From NCBI GenBank assembly GCA_951406725.2, contig OX597815.1, positions 44,764,001 to 44,828,000 of the forward strand: DNA of 64,000 nucleotides, read 5' to 3'. Positions 11,794 through 26,781 of this stretch are shown here, piece by piece. Both the position numbers and the translations under genes were made by a program. The notes under the pieces were generated by a model. The model searched no databases. It was not told the DNA's origin and saw only the letters and a list, made by a program, of their open reading frames with translations. Each line of letters opens with the position of its first letter. The stretch's first letter is position 1. This stretch comes from Octopus vulgaris. Its lineage: Eukaryota.

Positions 11794-12705
11794 AGGTGCG
11801 TTACTTAGTGGTTATGGTATTCGACTCACGATCATAAGGTTGATTCCCGGCGACGCATTGTGTCCTGGAGCAAGACATTTTATTTCACATTGTTCCAGTC
11901 TACTCAGCTGGCAAAAATGAGTAGTACCTGTAATTCAAAGGACCAACCTAGTCAGATTCTGTGTCACGTTGAATCTCCTCGAAGATATGCGTGTCTGTGG
12001 AGTGCTCAGCGACTTTCACAAGCAGGCTGTTCCGTTCATCGGATCATCATCATCATCATTCATCATTGTTCGACCGTGGTCGAGACAATGGAATTTACTA
12101 TGTTACGCCAGACTTCACGGTCCATCATAGCATTACGGAGGTCCTGTTGCTGGATGCCTCTATCCCTGGAGATTACATCAGGGTAGGAGAGTGTGCGCCC
12201 TCTGGTATTGCGAGTAGATGGCTTCCAGAGGAGAAGAGTATAAATTACTTCTTTTTCAGCTCTACAACAATGTCCAGCAAACTGGACTCTCCTACCTTTC
12301 ACAAGAGATGACACAGGTGGTAATTTCCCATATATTTGCATTTTGGTTGGATGGCGCTTCCACGAGAGATTTTGAGCTCTCATAAGGAGGCGAGTGTAGG
12401 TTCCATCCAACCGCCTCTCAAGCTTCTTTGATAACGTCCAGGTTTCTGAGCCATATAGTAGAATTGGTTCGACTGTGGCTTTGAATATTTCAAGTTTGAA
12501 GTCTCTACTTAGATTTGATGACCAGATCTTATGCATGTCATTACAGGCTGACCAGGCCATACCCTTTCTAGTTAGAAAGTCTTTTCCAGATGATGATATG
12601 TATGACCCAAGATATTTATAATCAGAAACCATATTTAAAGGCGCACTGTTGAGAGTCATCGGATCAACTGGCACACTCATCGCCGTAACCGACGGAGTGC
12701 CAGTT
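11794..12705 (+). mobile_element. family A SINE split by a LINE insertion
   Basis: Head and body at 11794-12046; the remaining tail (..CGCCGTAACCGACGGAGTGCCAGTT) at 12656-12705. Confidence 0.7.
12047..12655 (-). mobile_element. 5'-truncated RTE-like LINE (C-terminal RT region)
   Basis: Open frame DYKYLGSYI...ILLYGSETWTL...DREVWR, (TGA)n tail, 11-bp TSD TCATCGGATCA at 12036-12046 and 12656-12666. Confidence 0.85.
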
Positions 12706-14610
12706 TGATTTAATTTGTTTTGCACGTGCTTGATCTGTTTGTGGTTTATGGTTTCAATGTTTGTTTTGTTTTGTTTTGTTTTTTGTTTTGGTATTTATTT
12801 CTTAAAGTTATATGTAACTACTTAGTCATATAAATGAATTTGCTTTGTTAGAGAGCTCAACATACATGAATGACCCCCACGAAATATATAAGCACAATAA
12901 TTGACTAGAAATAGCAACCAAGTTTTTGCTGTCTTGAAACTAGAAGGGGACAGTTATGTAGCCCTACATGCAATATATCTGAAAACGAGTAGAATTTATA
13001 ATCATTGATTTGCTCGTTTGGTGATTACATAACACCAACAGCAGGAGTATATTTACAATTAACCTTGAAACAAACCAAAATTGGAAAATTACTATTTTCT
13101 CCAGAGACCTACCCAAGTTAGTTTCTTATTTCTGTATTCTGATTGGACACGCATTAGTCACGAGAAGTTGAATGCTTCATCTGTTGTTGTTTCTTCTCTT
13201 TCATGTGAGATGTTATTATCAATGCCTAGAAATAAAAGATGTACCTGTACACTGATAATTCCGCTTTGTTTTGTTTTAGTAAGATGAGCTGGTGGAAGTA
13301 ATCTTTCGACAGTTGACATAAAACTGTAATCTGGTCAGTATAAATAACTTGGTGAATGTCTGAAAGAATAAGCTTCAATTAAAACATTGCGTAACAGTTG
13401 TTTTTATCAAAGAATGAACTGAACTCAGAGAATTGTAAGATGGCAACGAAAATGGAACTTGAAATTCCGGTTATCATGAGTTTTGATCTATATAGAAAAA
13501 ATTCTTAACTATATTTTATCTTCTACCTCTCACTTGTTTCAGCTATTAAACTGCGTCTATGCTAAGGCACTGTCTTGAAAAGCTTTTAGTCGAATGAATC
13601 GACCCTCGTGAATTTTTTAAACATATCAACACGTGTTGTTAAGTGGTGAAGATGGGGCGACAAACACAGAAACACACACATATATACACACACGGCGGGC
13701 CTCTTTCAGTTTCCGTCTACCAAATACACTCACAAGGTGGCTCGAGTCTATTGTAGAAGTTACTTATCCAAGCTGCAACGCAGTGGGACTGAACACGGAA
13801 CGAAGTGATTGGAAGACAAGCTTCTTACCACACAGCCACACCAGCACACCAATAATGAAGCTTAGACCACTACGTAAAAAAGGAAACAAGCCTTCATACG
13901 GAAGGAAAGTGTCACAGTAAATCATTATAGATTACATCAATGTATCTTGGATTCATGATCCACATAAAAGAGTTAAACAATCAGATCAATCCTCAGCAAC
14001 AACAATCTGAGGTTCATTTTAGCAATGGGTTAATGGTTCAACAGCAATAGTTTTACATAATACGATACTACTTCGTTGCAAGAAATGTACTTTTCAAAAC
14101 GAACAGATGATACATAAAACTGGCAATGTCCTGCAGTACATTTTTTCCCACATCTGATAGGAAGGCCAACTTACTGGAGGACATTGGCCTCCTGCCGTCA
14201 GCAATAAACAGAAGTAACATGCTTCTTCTCAAAACTGCAGTTGGATTCTTTTGAAGCAACGGAATACGAAAACATAAAACTTAATTGCATACATACGCAG
14301 ACACACACACTCGCGTACAAACACACACATACACGCGCTCACACACACACACACACACACACACATGCACACACATACACACATGCATACACACACACAC
14401 ACAGAGTCACTCACACTTGTCACTTCCCCAGCTTTAAAACTGATGTGAAACACACAGTGACCCATTTACTTACTATTTAGGAGCGAATGTCCGATAAGAC
14501 TATAAATATGCATTCTTTTTATAAATACATGTTGATAAACAATATGCAAACATCCTGTCACTATCTTCCTTCATAATTTGATACTTATATAATTATGTGT
14601 ATGTATATGC

Positions 14611-14661
<51 letters not shown>

Positions 14662-17292
14662 CATGCATACGTACGTACATATATACATACATACATACAT
14701 ACATACATACATACATACATACATACATACATACATACATACATACATACATACATACATACATACGTACATGCGTATATACATACAGACAGACTGACAC
14801 GCGCGCTCTCAGACAAACACTAGACATATTAGATTAGTTTAATCAACTTATGTTTTTGAATAAGATAAAGTACTTTACAAAAGTATCTTACGTCTTTTAA
14901 GGAAAAAAAACAAACATTGCTGCCTTCTTTAATATTCATTATAAATGCACTATTATGCCATAATGGGTGAAGGCAATATATTTACAGATTCCATACATTT
15001 TATTCAGCATTGAATAGTACCAAATTCGTGAGAGTATATCTTATGTAAACAGGCACATTCATGTACATACATATGCTACACACACGCGCGTACACACACA
15101 CACACATACACATTCATTCACATTCACGTATACACGCAACTCACATACAACTTACGCACGTATGCACAAACGTAAGAAAGAGTTGAATGCCAGCTTGTTT
15201 AGAGAGATTTAATGCTGGTATATAATAAATGTACTTTGTACCAAGACTATGAGAATGTATAAACAGGAAAACACCAATATAATTTAATTTTCGCGAAACA
15301 TTATACATAGATAGAGGTAGTAAAGGGAAAAATTACAAAAATATCGCAAATGTAAATAAATACGAAAGCGCACATGTGTGGGGGTTTAAAGTCCAAGTTC
15401 ACATGCACCTTGGAGTATTTACCATTGGTACGCTATGGTTACTATAAAGATAATTTGATCATTGTTTCGTTAAATACTTATACAGATGTAAATTAATTGT
15501 AGACATTGTATTTAATATTTCCAGAAACACCTTTGTGACTGCAATTAAAGTGGTCTGGTATTAACTGATCGTTTTTTTTTGCTTGCAAATACTTCAAGAG
15601 AATCTACATGACAGTCACGATACAGTCTTCGATGAAGCACAATGGATGCATGTTTTCAATTTTAAACAGGTGCGAGCATTTTTATTTTTTTATTTCTTGT
15701 TTTGTTTTGTAGTTGATGTTCTGTACTTTATGAGGACTGGCATTCCAAAGAATAGATCCAAAGTCCATCATAAAAGGCGATTAAAAGAGGTTGAGATAGG
15801 AGTTACACTGGAACCTCGGGAAACCTTCGCCAGCAACGACTACCCAAACAGATCCTGAATGGTGCAAAAATGTCATCCGCTAGGAATAGCAAATCACCAA
15901 CGAATGATAGATGCAACGAAACACTATTACAGTGCATGCCCCACATTATAACAACAACTACTATTACTGCTGCTGTTACTACTACTGCTATAACACTGCT
16001 ACGGTATTGAGTTGGATTCCAGGGAGATTAGCTGAAAGCCTCCACCTCTTGCGGTTCACCATGGAGCAGGCTGGATATAGATATAATTTCGGTGACGTTC
16101 TTATCGATTTAGATCAACTGAAAGATTCAGTTACGTCAACTATTTGTACCAACCACCTCTCCTAAGCGTCAATTGTTTCGACTAAATATTTTGGCTTCAT
16201 TTTTCACTCTTATGTGGTTAACAAAAAGAAGTGCCAGTTATATGTTCGGGATGTTATAATCGATTATTTCTCCTCCTTACAAATGTGTGACCCTATAGTA
16301 ATATATTACTGGAATTTTACCTGTTGCTCACTGCTCAGTATCAGCTGAACCAACGTGGACTATGTGGGCAGTGGAAACACTTCATTCTATGGAGGGCTAG
16401 AATACGACTCGAGGGCTAGAATGTTAAGGAAGACAGTATAAGTAGTCCTTTTTCTTAGGCTTTTACATTTGGAATTTTAAACAATTTCCAAAAGCCCTTG
16501 GCTTTGCGGTGCTAGATAATCTATCGACATGAGCATGTTAGAATCGCCGGTAATTAAACCTTTACGAAATGAATTAGTAATAATAGAGGGAAATTAATAA
16601 AAGTGTTGGCTGCATTCAGAATACACCACCAAAAATCTGACAGAGATTGTATTTACTACGAATACAGAGAAGCAAGGCCGTATATTACTAGAAAACTATT
16701 ATGAATTATCTTTTATAAACTACAAAAATATCTAACAAAAAATAATGAAAAAATAATAAAATAGCTAGAAAACACAACAAAACAAAAAAACACTGTTTTT
16801 CTGTCTGCCAAAATGTACACAACAGAGGCTGTAGTCATACTCAGTTTTCAATAAAAAGGATAAACAACACTTGAAATTGGGTAAAGGCTAAATTCTAAGT
16901 TTATAATGGGTCTATAGAATACCATGTTATTGACTAGAAAAGTTTCTCTGTGGCCAGTACCTGCGAATAGGCAAAGAAAAATCGTATCACTGGTTGAGAA
17001 TCGGAAAATTCAAAGCCGGTACTAGAGAATTCTTGGTTGTGTTACAGAAACCGTTAAAAGCAAGCTTACATTAAATAACAGAGTTAAATAAAGAAAACTA
17101 ATATATAAAATAAAGTATTTGTTATCAACAATACTCAAACTAATTCAATAAAGCGATATATTCATAATACACGCAAGTGGACGCTAAATGAATTAGTAAC
17201 ACTAGACAAGTAAACAAGAAAAAAATTACTACATTTAAAATATATCATCCAAAATCTCAAAGCGAAATATATTTACCAGAATGCTGTGAATG

Positions 17293-17861
17293 ATTGGGTT
17301 GTCCGGAAAGTTCGTGTCGATTTATATTAGCTTATCTTTTGACTTAGTTTAGAACATGGTAGAGTCCATAAAATACGACTTCACTACACCTCCATTTAGA
17401 GCACAGTTTAAGCTATTTTTTGTGGAAGAAGGTTTATGTTCCTATAACCTGTGTTAATTCTGTATCCCTTTAAAATGGAAGATAAGAAAGCTCATTTTCG
17501 GCACTTGATGCTTTGGGAACAAGTCAAAAATTGCTGCAGCTCGGCTGGAATGTGTTAACCCACCTTCCATATTCACTAGATATTGCTTCTTCGGATTTCC
17601 ACTTATTTAGGTCTCTGCAGAATAGTCTTAATGGTAAAAATTTCAATTCCTTGGATGACGTAAAAAGATACCTTGATGAATTCTTTACCATGAAACCACC
17701 TCAATTCTGAGAAGAGGGTATTTTCAATTTAAAGGAAAGATAGAGACGCATTGTGCAACAAAATGGTTCATATTTGGTTGATTAAAAATGTAATGGCAAG
17801 TATTTATTGACCGTTTTTCTTTCCTTTAAAAATCGGCACGAACTTTCCGGACAACCCAATA
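17293..17861 (+). mobile_element. internally deleted mariner (Tc1/mariner) transposon
   Basis: ~30-bp terminal inverted repeats ATTGGGTTGTCCGGAAAGTTCGTGTCGATTT / AAATCGGCACGAACTTTCCGGACAACCCAAT. Transposase N-terminus MEDKKAHFRHLML joined to HLPYSLDIASSDFHLFRSL (YSPDLAPSD motif). Confidence 0.88.
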
Positions 17862-19172
17862 TTTTCTCCTGTTTGGCTTAATGCTACGTAGAGAAAAGCT
17901 TATGCGTGATCAATACCAAGAAACTCGCTGTACAGACTGACAACGAATGATTCAAAATCTAGTCTGAAGGACCTTTTTATTGCAATACAGTGTCAAAATA
18001 ATTCTTCCAGAAATACATCAACTGCTGAATATGTGGCGGTGACAAAGTAACATTTAATCACGTTGTTTTTAACTGCTTACCCTTAGTAAAAAGAGATACA
18101 TATATAGGTACCACAGTGTTGGGAATTATATATATACTGGAATTATGCTAACATTACGAAACATCAACTGAAAAAAGTGTAGTATAAATACACATTGGAA
18201 AATACCAGAGTATATCGAAGTGAAAATTCTCAAGGATAAGCTAATCTATACAGAGAAATAGATCGAGTCTTATCGACCATCTATTGTCGTTAAGGTCCAC
18301 TAGAAAAACACTTATTTCCTAAATCGTAATTTCAGTCTCAAATGTTGATAGTGTATTTCTAACCAAAATAAAGAGGAGCCAAATATAGATCTAAAAATCT
18401 ACAAATAAAGATAAACATGAAGTGAGAAGTGAAAACAGAAACAATCGTTATATTGATATGACTCTGGTAAGTCGCTAGTTTTGAGTATAACTGAAGACAA
18501 GCAGACAAGCACGTAGCCGAAACTTCAAATATTGTGTTTATATTACGTAATATGCTTTAAATACAATAGAAAATGTTAAAAAAATGCGAAACAGTACGCA
18601 GAGTTCGTTAATGCAGTAAAATTACTCAATAGAATAAGACTATGTGCACGAGACCTGAAATTTTGGGGAAGGAGTCTTATCGATTACATCAACCCAGGTG
18701 TTCAACAAGAATTTATTTCATTGACCACGAAAGGAGGAAAAGCAAACTCACCCTCGGTGGAGTTTGAACGTAGTAGAATGCAAAGACGAACGAAATGCCG
18801 CTAAACATTTTGTCCTACGTGCTATCGATTCCGCCAGCTCGCTTTTTTTTTTTTTCTAAAACTGCTATGCTGAAAGACATATCAACGCCCCGACAGGAAA
18901 TCAAACACCCGACATTTTTTTCAAGAAACCAACGTCGGAACCAATAGGCCAAGCGATTTCACCGAATAGTAATAATCTTTCCTACTGTAGGCAAAAGGCC
19001 TGAAATGTTGAAGGGAGAAAGCAAGTCAATTACCTCGCTCCCAGCACTTACTTTAGTGACCCTTAAAGAACGAAAAGGAAAAGAAATTGAACAAGGAACC
19101 TAAAGTCGAAAGAAATACTGCGAAGCATTTTGTAGGGCGTTCTAACGCATCTGCTAGCTTGCAACCTCAATA

Positions 19173-19243
<71 letters not shown>

Positions 19244-19349
19244 GGTGGTGGTGGTGGTGGTGGTGGTGGTGGTGGTGGTGGTGGTGGTGGTGGTGGTGGT
19301 GGTGGTGGTGGTGGTGATGATGATCTTGATAGTTCGATTATTATTATTA

Positions 19350-21005
19350 AGAAATATCAAGACAGAATTACAAGGAGGAAAGAAACAAAGGAATATTGTC
19401 ATAAGAACGGATGATGTGAAAGAACAAGTGGGTAAAGTGCCTAACTGGAAAGCCCCCGGACCCGATGAGATTCATGGCTTCTGGCTGAAGGGATGCCACA
19501 CGGTGCATGAAAGACTAGCAGCCCAATTGAATGAGTGTGTCCAGAAAGGTATGGTCCCTGCATGGATGTTGACGGGGAGGACAACACTTGTAATGGAAGA
19601 TGGAAGAGGAATCTTGTGGGAAACTACTGTCCCATAGCATGCCTAGACATAATCTGAGAGATACTCAGTGGAATATGTACGGCAAAGATACTTTCCTGGC
19701 ACAGGAAAAAATACTACCAAGCGAAAAAAAAAAGGATGTAGGAAGAGTTCTAATGGTACCAAGGATCACCTGATCATTGATAAAACAGTTTTAAGGCATA
19801 GTAAAAAATATCATACAAACATGTCTATGGCTTGGATTGACTTTAAGAAGGTATATGATATGGTGCCTCATAGGCGGCGAGCTGGCAGAAACGTTAGCAC
19901 GCCGGGCGAAATGCTTAGCGGTATTTCGTTTGCCGCTACGTTCTGAGTTCAAATTCCGCCGAGGTCGACTTAACCTTTCATCCCTTCGGGGTCGATTAAA
20001 TAAGTACCAGTTACGCACTGGGGTCGATGTAATCGACTTAATCCGTTTGTCTGTCCTTGTTTGTCCCCTCTGTGTGTAGCCTTTTGTGGGCAGTAAAGAA
20101 ATAGATATGGTGCCTCATTCTTGGATCGTTGAATGCCTGCAGATGTTTGGTGTTGCTGACAACATCACAAATTTTTTAATGCATAGCATGAAAGAGTAGA
20201 AAATCAAATTGTACTCAAGTGATGTGTTCTTTGGAGAATTTAATATTAAAAGGGGAATCTTCTTAGGTGACTCGTTTTCACCGTTACTTTTTATAATTGC
20301 ACTAGTGCCCATAAAAATGACACTTAGGAAAGTTAAGATGGGTTACCGATGTGGGAAGTAACGCCCATCATTGAACCATCTTCTGTTTATAGATGACCTG
20401 AAATTGTTTGGGAAATCTGAAAAACAGATAGATCCCTTAACCAAAACAGTCCAGAAGTGTGGTAGGGACATCGGTATGGAATTTGGGATCACCAAATGCT
20501 CAGTACTTATTATGAAAAGAGGAAAGAAAGCAGTCTGCAGAGGATTGCGGTTACCGTCAGGAGAGACCATGGGTGAACCCGACGGTAGTGGGTATGGATA
20601 TTTAGGGATTTTGGAACTGGATGACATTCTACACAGAGAAATGAAAGTCAATGTCAGCGAGGCGTATCAAAAAAGGGTGAAGATGATGTTAAAATCCAAC
20701 CTGAATGCTAAAAATTTGATTACCGCAATGGATATCTGGTCAGTTGCGGTGGTCAGATATAGAGTGTCCATCCTCAAATGGACTAAGGAGGAAATATCAA
20801 CACTAGATAGAAGGACGAGAAAGTTGATGACGCTGCATGGGGCGCTACACCCTAAAGCAAACGTAAACAGACTGTATACGAAAATAAAGAATGGTAGCAG
20901 AGGACTAATTAGTATAGACCATTGTATAAGAAGTGAAAAGAGAACACTTGCCAAGTATTTGATAAATAGTGATGAAGACCTGCTGCAAGACCTGTATGAA
21001 TGTAT
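19350..21005 (+). mobile_element. degenerate R4/Dong-clade LINE reverse transcriptase
   Basis: [51 protein letters not shown] and YGYLGILE motifs across frameshifts and stops. Confidence 0.85.
19872..20103 (+). mobile_element. SINE family B, full length with TSD
   Basis: 15-bp TSD GATATGGTGCCTCAT (19857-19871, 20104-20118); head AGGCGGCGAGCTGGCAGAA...GAGTTCAAATTCC. Confidence 0.88.
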
Positions 21006-21944
21006 GTAGAGGAATAAGTCTTTTGGGTAGTATACTATCAATAGATAGTATATGGGTAATGATTATAATTCCTGAGCTTATGTATAGATAAGTAGAAAAA
21101 GCCTTCAACTTTTCCAAGCATATGAAATGAAAGAAAAAATGCAATAGAATAAAATGTTATATGATAAAGTGAAATATATTAGAATATTTACATTATTACC
21201 TTTACGAATATAACATCTCACGCTTGTTAATGCTTGTACTTTCATATGCATACATAGATATATATATACATACATATATGCACATGCATCACACACTCAC
21301 ATCCGCACGCACGCACACACACACATACACACGCATATATATGTATGTATCTATATATGTGTGTGTGTGTGCCCTAGTATACATTCATATTTCGCATGTG
21401 ATATCAACACACGAAGGAGCACAAACAAACGTGATCACATGTATAATAACTGAATTCTCACAGATGTCTAAATGAAGAGAAGCATTTACCCTTATTACTG
21501 ACCTCGGTCCTAAGCGAGTGAAGCATTTTCTCATAAGTAGATACGTCTGTTTATCTGTTTGAGAGTGTTTTGTATGGTTCATTGCTGAAAATTGCTGAAT
21601 AACTTAGGTGCGCCCATCATGACAATAGTTATTATCATTATCATTATTGTTGTTGTTGTTGTTGTTTAATATCAAAAAGTAGGAACTTGAAAGCAAATAT
21701 TTGAGGATGTATATACTTAATACACCTTTAGACAAATTTCCCTGTCATTGAAGAATAACAGAATGGGATTAGATTAGGAATGGCCACAGTACATTTTGCC
21801 ATACTGAGATTTGTCTAGTAATATATCTTCCATTAGATATAATTTTGTAATAGTATACATACATACATACATACATACATACATACACATGTGTGTGTCT
21901 GTATATATATATAGTTAGATAGACAGATAGATAGATTTATACAT

Positions 21945-22007
<63 letters not shown>

Positions 22008-22023
22008 TGTATGTATATATATA

Positions 22024-23690
22024 TACTAGCAGAGTTACCCGGTGTTCCCGTGTTACATGCAATTGAAGAATTAGACTTTTCTGTTATATTTTCTGTAACG
22101 AACTGGAATACCTATGTTTCGAATTTCATCAAAATTGCGGATGGGGGTTATATCCCTCTTTACACACCCTAAAAAAATTGTAATCGTGCCACATGTATCC
22201 TATACTACTGATTTTTATGCTCATATTCCAAAATTCCAGTCTTATAGAACCTGTTAAAAGGATTTTGTTCCTGAAAAATGGAGGTCGTGGAGCTCTAAAA
22301 TGTGAGAGTTAAGGCCCCTATTGGGGGCGTGTGTCTTAATGTCAAGCAGAGAAGTTGAATTGTTGAGAATTTTTTAAACTTGGGTCTTATATCTATTGCT
22401 TGAATTTCGTTGAAATAGGAAATATATGTTCACTGGGTTTGTAAAAAAGAACAAAGCTACAGGAAACCAAAAGACGAATTATCAAAATAAGCAGTTAGTT
22501 ACCCTACCCCAGTCGTTACCACTCCCAATGTAGTATTCCTCACCATCCAGGTGACAGGCACAGCCGTAAGATGCATTATGAATCTATAGCAATTAGAAGG
22601 GCGTGACCCAACTGAAATAAACATTAACAACTGTGTGACGTGAGGGCTAAGGAGAAATGAAAGTTGGAGTTTGCAAATGACCACTATACTTATACGTATC
22701 TGGACAGAATAAATTTACAATCTATAAATGTCTTTGAATAACCAGTCACTCATCTGGGAAGGCCTTGAAATCAATGTTACCATGTGGGGACTATGTGTGA
22801 CCCAGTGATAATAAAAAGACTGAAAGGAGGTCTGCAATCAAATAACTTTATTCAACACTTCGCAGCAGAATCAGCGGAAGCAAAGATGCTTCTCATTTAC
22901 TTGACAATTTATGCACCACATTGCAGAAATCACAATCTAAGTGTATGTCAAAACAAACTCTTACTCTGTTGTGTAATGTTCATCTTTTATGCTCGGGTGA
23001 TCCTACAGCTTCCAAGAGTACAACTGTATTCATCTTTGCTTAGATAAAATGATTAAATTGTGGGTGTTAAGTCCCCATGACGGGATCTTTCTAACTTGTA
23101 AGAAGATGAAATTTTATAAATATTACTTCATTTGTATCTAATATATATGGTTAAAATTTCATCAACAGCAAAAATATATGAATTGTCATGGGGGTTATGG
23201 CCCTTATGCATAGAATATGATTTCCAAATTTCGTAAAGATCCATTCAGTACCTTTGACCTAGTTTTTGATCATAAAAGAAATGACTAAAATTTGGGAGTT
23301 AAAGCCCCCATTAGGGTGTCTTAGGATCCTCATGTGAAGTGGAAACTTTGAGAATACTTCTTGATGTGTATCAATTACCCTTGGTTGAAATTTCATCAAC
23401 ATCGAAAATTTATGAATTTTGATGGGGGTTCTGCCCCCTTTAAACTATCTGAAATTCAAACTAAGCATATTGCATTATACACGCTCTTATGCATTGAATC
23501 TAAGTTTCAAATATCATAAGGATCCATTCAGGAATATTGGTCCATGAAATTGTATGAAACACACGGCATTACTCTTCTCTCTAGGCTTGGATTTTGTGCT
23601 CCAAATTTCCTTATGATCGGTGCAGCAGTTTTCGAATGTATAAGTAACACACGAACACACATAAAGACATCGACTTTGATATAATAGATA
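22024..23690 (+). mobile_element. non-autonomous Helitron/Helentron-like element
   Basis: Starts TACTAGCAGAGTTACCCGGTGTTCCCG (similar terminus at ~9568) and ends ...ACATCGACTTTGATATAATAGAT. Has internal repeated modules and lies between microsatellites. Classification by resemblance of the termini only. Confidence 0.4.
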
Positions 23691-23712
23691 TGAATGTGCA
23701 CATGTACATACA

Positions 23713-23821
<109 letters not shown>

Positions 23822-23889
23822 AAGATAAATTGATAGATACACCTGAGTGAGCAAACAAAAATATGAGACACAGCCTAGTAGTTTTTTAT

Positions 23890-24302
23890 GTTGATAAGCC
23901 TGGTACTTATTCTATTAGTTTCTTCTTGTGAAACCAGTTAGTTATGGGGATGTAAATAAACGAACAGCAGTTGTGAAGCAGTGATGAGAGCGAAACACAG
24001 AAACAAAGTCACACACATACACTTACATATATACATACGTATATACATGATTGATTTCTTTAAGTTTCTGTCTACGAAATCCATATATATATAAATATAT
24101 ATATATACATAGACTTACATATATACGTACATATAAATATGACTGATTTCTTTTAGTTTCTGTCAACAAAATCCACTGACAAGGCTTTGGTTGGTCTGAG
24201 GCTATAGCAGAAGACACATGCCAAGTCAACACACAGTGGGACTGAACCCAGGACCATGTGTTTTGGAACCAAGTTTGTTACCACACAGCTACACCTGCAC
24301 CT
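23890..24302 (-). mobile_element. SINE family C, degenerate
   Basis: Matches head and body of 58591-58990. Confidence 0.65.
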
Positions 24303-24368
24303 ATGTATGTGTATGTGTATGCATGTATATATGTGTGTACATATTACATGTACATCACTATATTTACA

Positions 24369-24436
<68 letters not shown>

Positions 24437-24506
24437 TACGCATATACATGTATACATATACATCTATACATATACATGTATATATATACATCCATATATA
24501 TACATG

Positions 24507-24554
<48 letters not shown>

Positions 24555-25451
24555 TATATATACATGTAAATTTAAATTTAAAATAATAAGGGTGAATAAT
24601 TGAATATTAATTTGATTAATATCAATTTAAATCCAGTGGTGTAGCATGTTGAGAAGTCTGAAGTTTCAGAAAAAATATATTACATACATATAAGAGGGAT
24701 GACCTGTAATTGTACATCATTATACTAGAAGAAGATCCTCTATGTTCTTACCATTCCTTTGTCAGTGGTAAGTCCATAGCGGATCTTCTAGCACAATGGG
24801 TGTCCACTTACAGTTCATTCCACTTACAAAATAGTTTCACTTTAATAGTTTCAGTATTAAAGTGAAAACATCTGACATTACAATAGAGAGATGTTTTTGT
24901 TTCACTTTTGATACATAATAATGAAATAGTGGGAAGCTACACACGCACACACATAGACGCAACTACACACTACACACAAAAACCACAAAGACAACATACA
25001 CATACACGCACACACGTACATAAACACACGCACACACATACTTCACACTGCCAGTCAACACCTTTCTACTGACCATTCCTCTACGCGCATGTGAAGAGAC
25101 ACGCAACTACACAAAGGACCACCACTCCTGTTACCATGCTGCTGAATTCTTCCTACAACATTAAACTTATAAACAGCCAAAACCACATAAACACCACACA
25201 CACACAACACACACACACACACACATACATGCCATTATGCACAAACACATACACACAGACTTGCGCCCACGCTCATACCCACACATACACGCACATACCT
25301 CCTTCTTTTACACTCTCCTGTCTTAGAAAGAACTTTTTCTTCACCCATTCCCTTCCGGTCATTTCAAAGTGTAACCGTATGTGAATCGTTGGCGAGTTTT
25401 TTTGTTTTTTTTCTCCGTCTTCTTTTTCTATTTGACTTTCCGCTGTCCCCT

Positions 25452-25486
25452 GTTTCTGAAGAAGAGCTTTGCTCGAAACGTAAAAC
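25452..25486 (+). ncRNA. minimal type I hammerhead ribozyme motif
   Basis: GTTT-CTGAAGA-A-GAGC-ttt-GCTC-GAAA-CG-TA-AAAC. Complete core, 4-bp stems I and II, ACGT palindrome, GUA triplet. Confidence 0.72.
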
Positions 25487-26398
25487 CACTTTTCTTTCCT
25501 TCACTGAGCATCTATTAATACTTTGCGTGTACCACGTCCTTGCGTTGTTGTTTTTGTGTTTTTTCTTCATTTTTCTGGGTTTACTAAATATAACATACAT
25601 ATATATACTTTGATATCTAATTCAGACTTCGCATCTATATCTTCGAGTCCTATGGAACCGACCATCAGACAGAAATAAATTTTTGAAACAATATATGTCA
25701 TAGATGGCCCACTGAATATCATTTGGCAAATAATCAAGTAATTATTTATAGCTGATACTACAATTTGTTTCGGAGTCAAATAGTTTTAATAGGTAATTCT
25801 TATTTATTAGTTTTAAAAAAAGGGGTCATTAATATTTTAAACGCGAGCATGTGGAAATAAATAAGAAAAAGCATTAGAAAAAAATGAAATAGTATTAATT
25901 ATGAACTATGAATTTAAGAATAAAAGTGAAATACATATATTTTTCATTTACAAAATATTATTTTCCAGTGTTAATGAATAACAATTTACATTTTTTCACA
26001 CCAGAAAAATATGCAATTTCTTCATTAACGAATCATTTTTAAATATGGTGTCTTCTGAAGACAGCATTTCATATACGAATATTTGTTTTCATATCCATCC
26101 AACCATCTTCTCGCACTATTCAATGGAGTGTCGAGAGGGTAGAGTCTTCAGGCATCTCATCTATAATGTGCTATCAGAAGCAATTGTCGTTACACTTTCC
26201 GGCCGGGTTCCTAAGCAGGGCCAATTGAGATTATGCATATTATTCAACTCGTTCTTGGTCTACCCCTAAGTCTCCTACGGGTTGACTCGGCTTCAAGAAT
26301 CAGTGTTGTCATTCTTTCCTACGATATTCTAGTCCTAGATGGCAGGTGAATATATTGAGTAATACACACAAATACACACATATATCTTAAGGGAGATT

Positions 26399-26429
<31 letters not shown>

Positions 26430-26506
26430 TGAGTGAAGGCGAGAGAGGGACAAACAGATCGAGAGGTAGATAGTGTAAATGATATAATACCTCGGTTATT
26501 GCGCCA

Positions 26507-26569
<63 letters not shown>

Positions 26570-26571
<2 letters not shown>

Positions 26572-26781
26572 GGCAGCGAGCTGGCATAATTGTTAGCACG
26601 CTGGGCGAAATGCTTAGCGGTATTTCGCCCGTCACTACAATCTGAAATCAAATTCCGCCGGGGTCGACTTTCATCTTTTCGGGGTCGATAAATTAAGTAC
26701 CAGTGAAAACACTGGGGTCGATGTAATCGACTAGTCCCCTCCCACAAATTTTAGGCCTTGTGCCTTTAGTAAAAAGGATTA
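26570..26781 (+). mobile_element. SINE family B
   Basis: Matches 19872-20103; follows (ATT)n. Confidence 0.78.

Noticed and set aside
18487-18530. CTGAAGA...CCGAAAC hammerhead-like spacing
   Set aside because: No convincing stem II, stem III or stem I complementarity.
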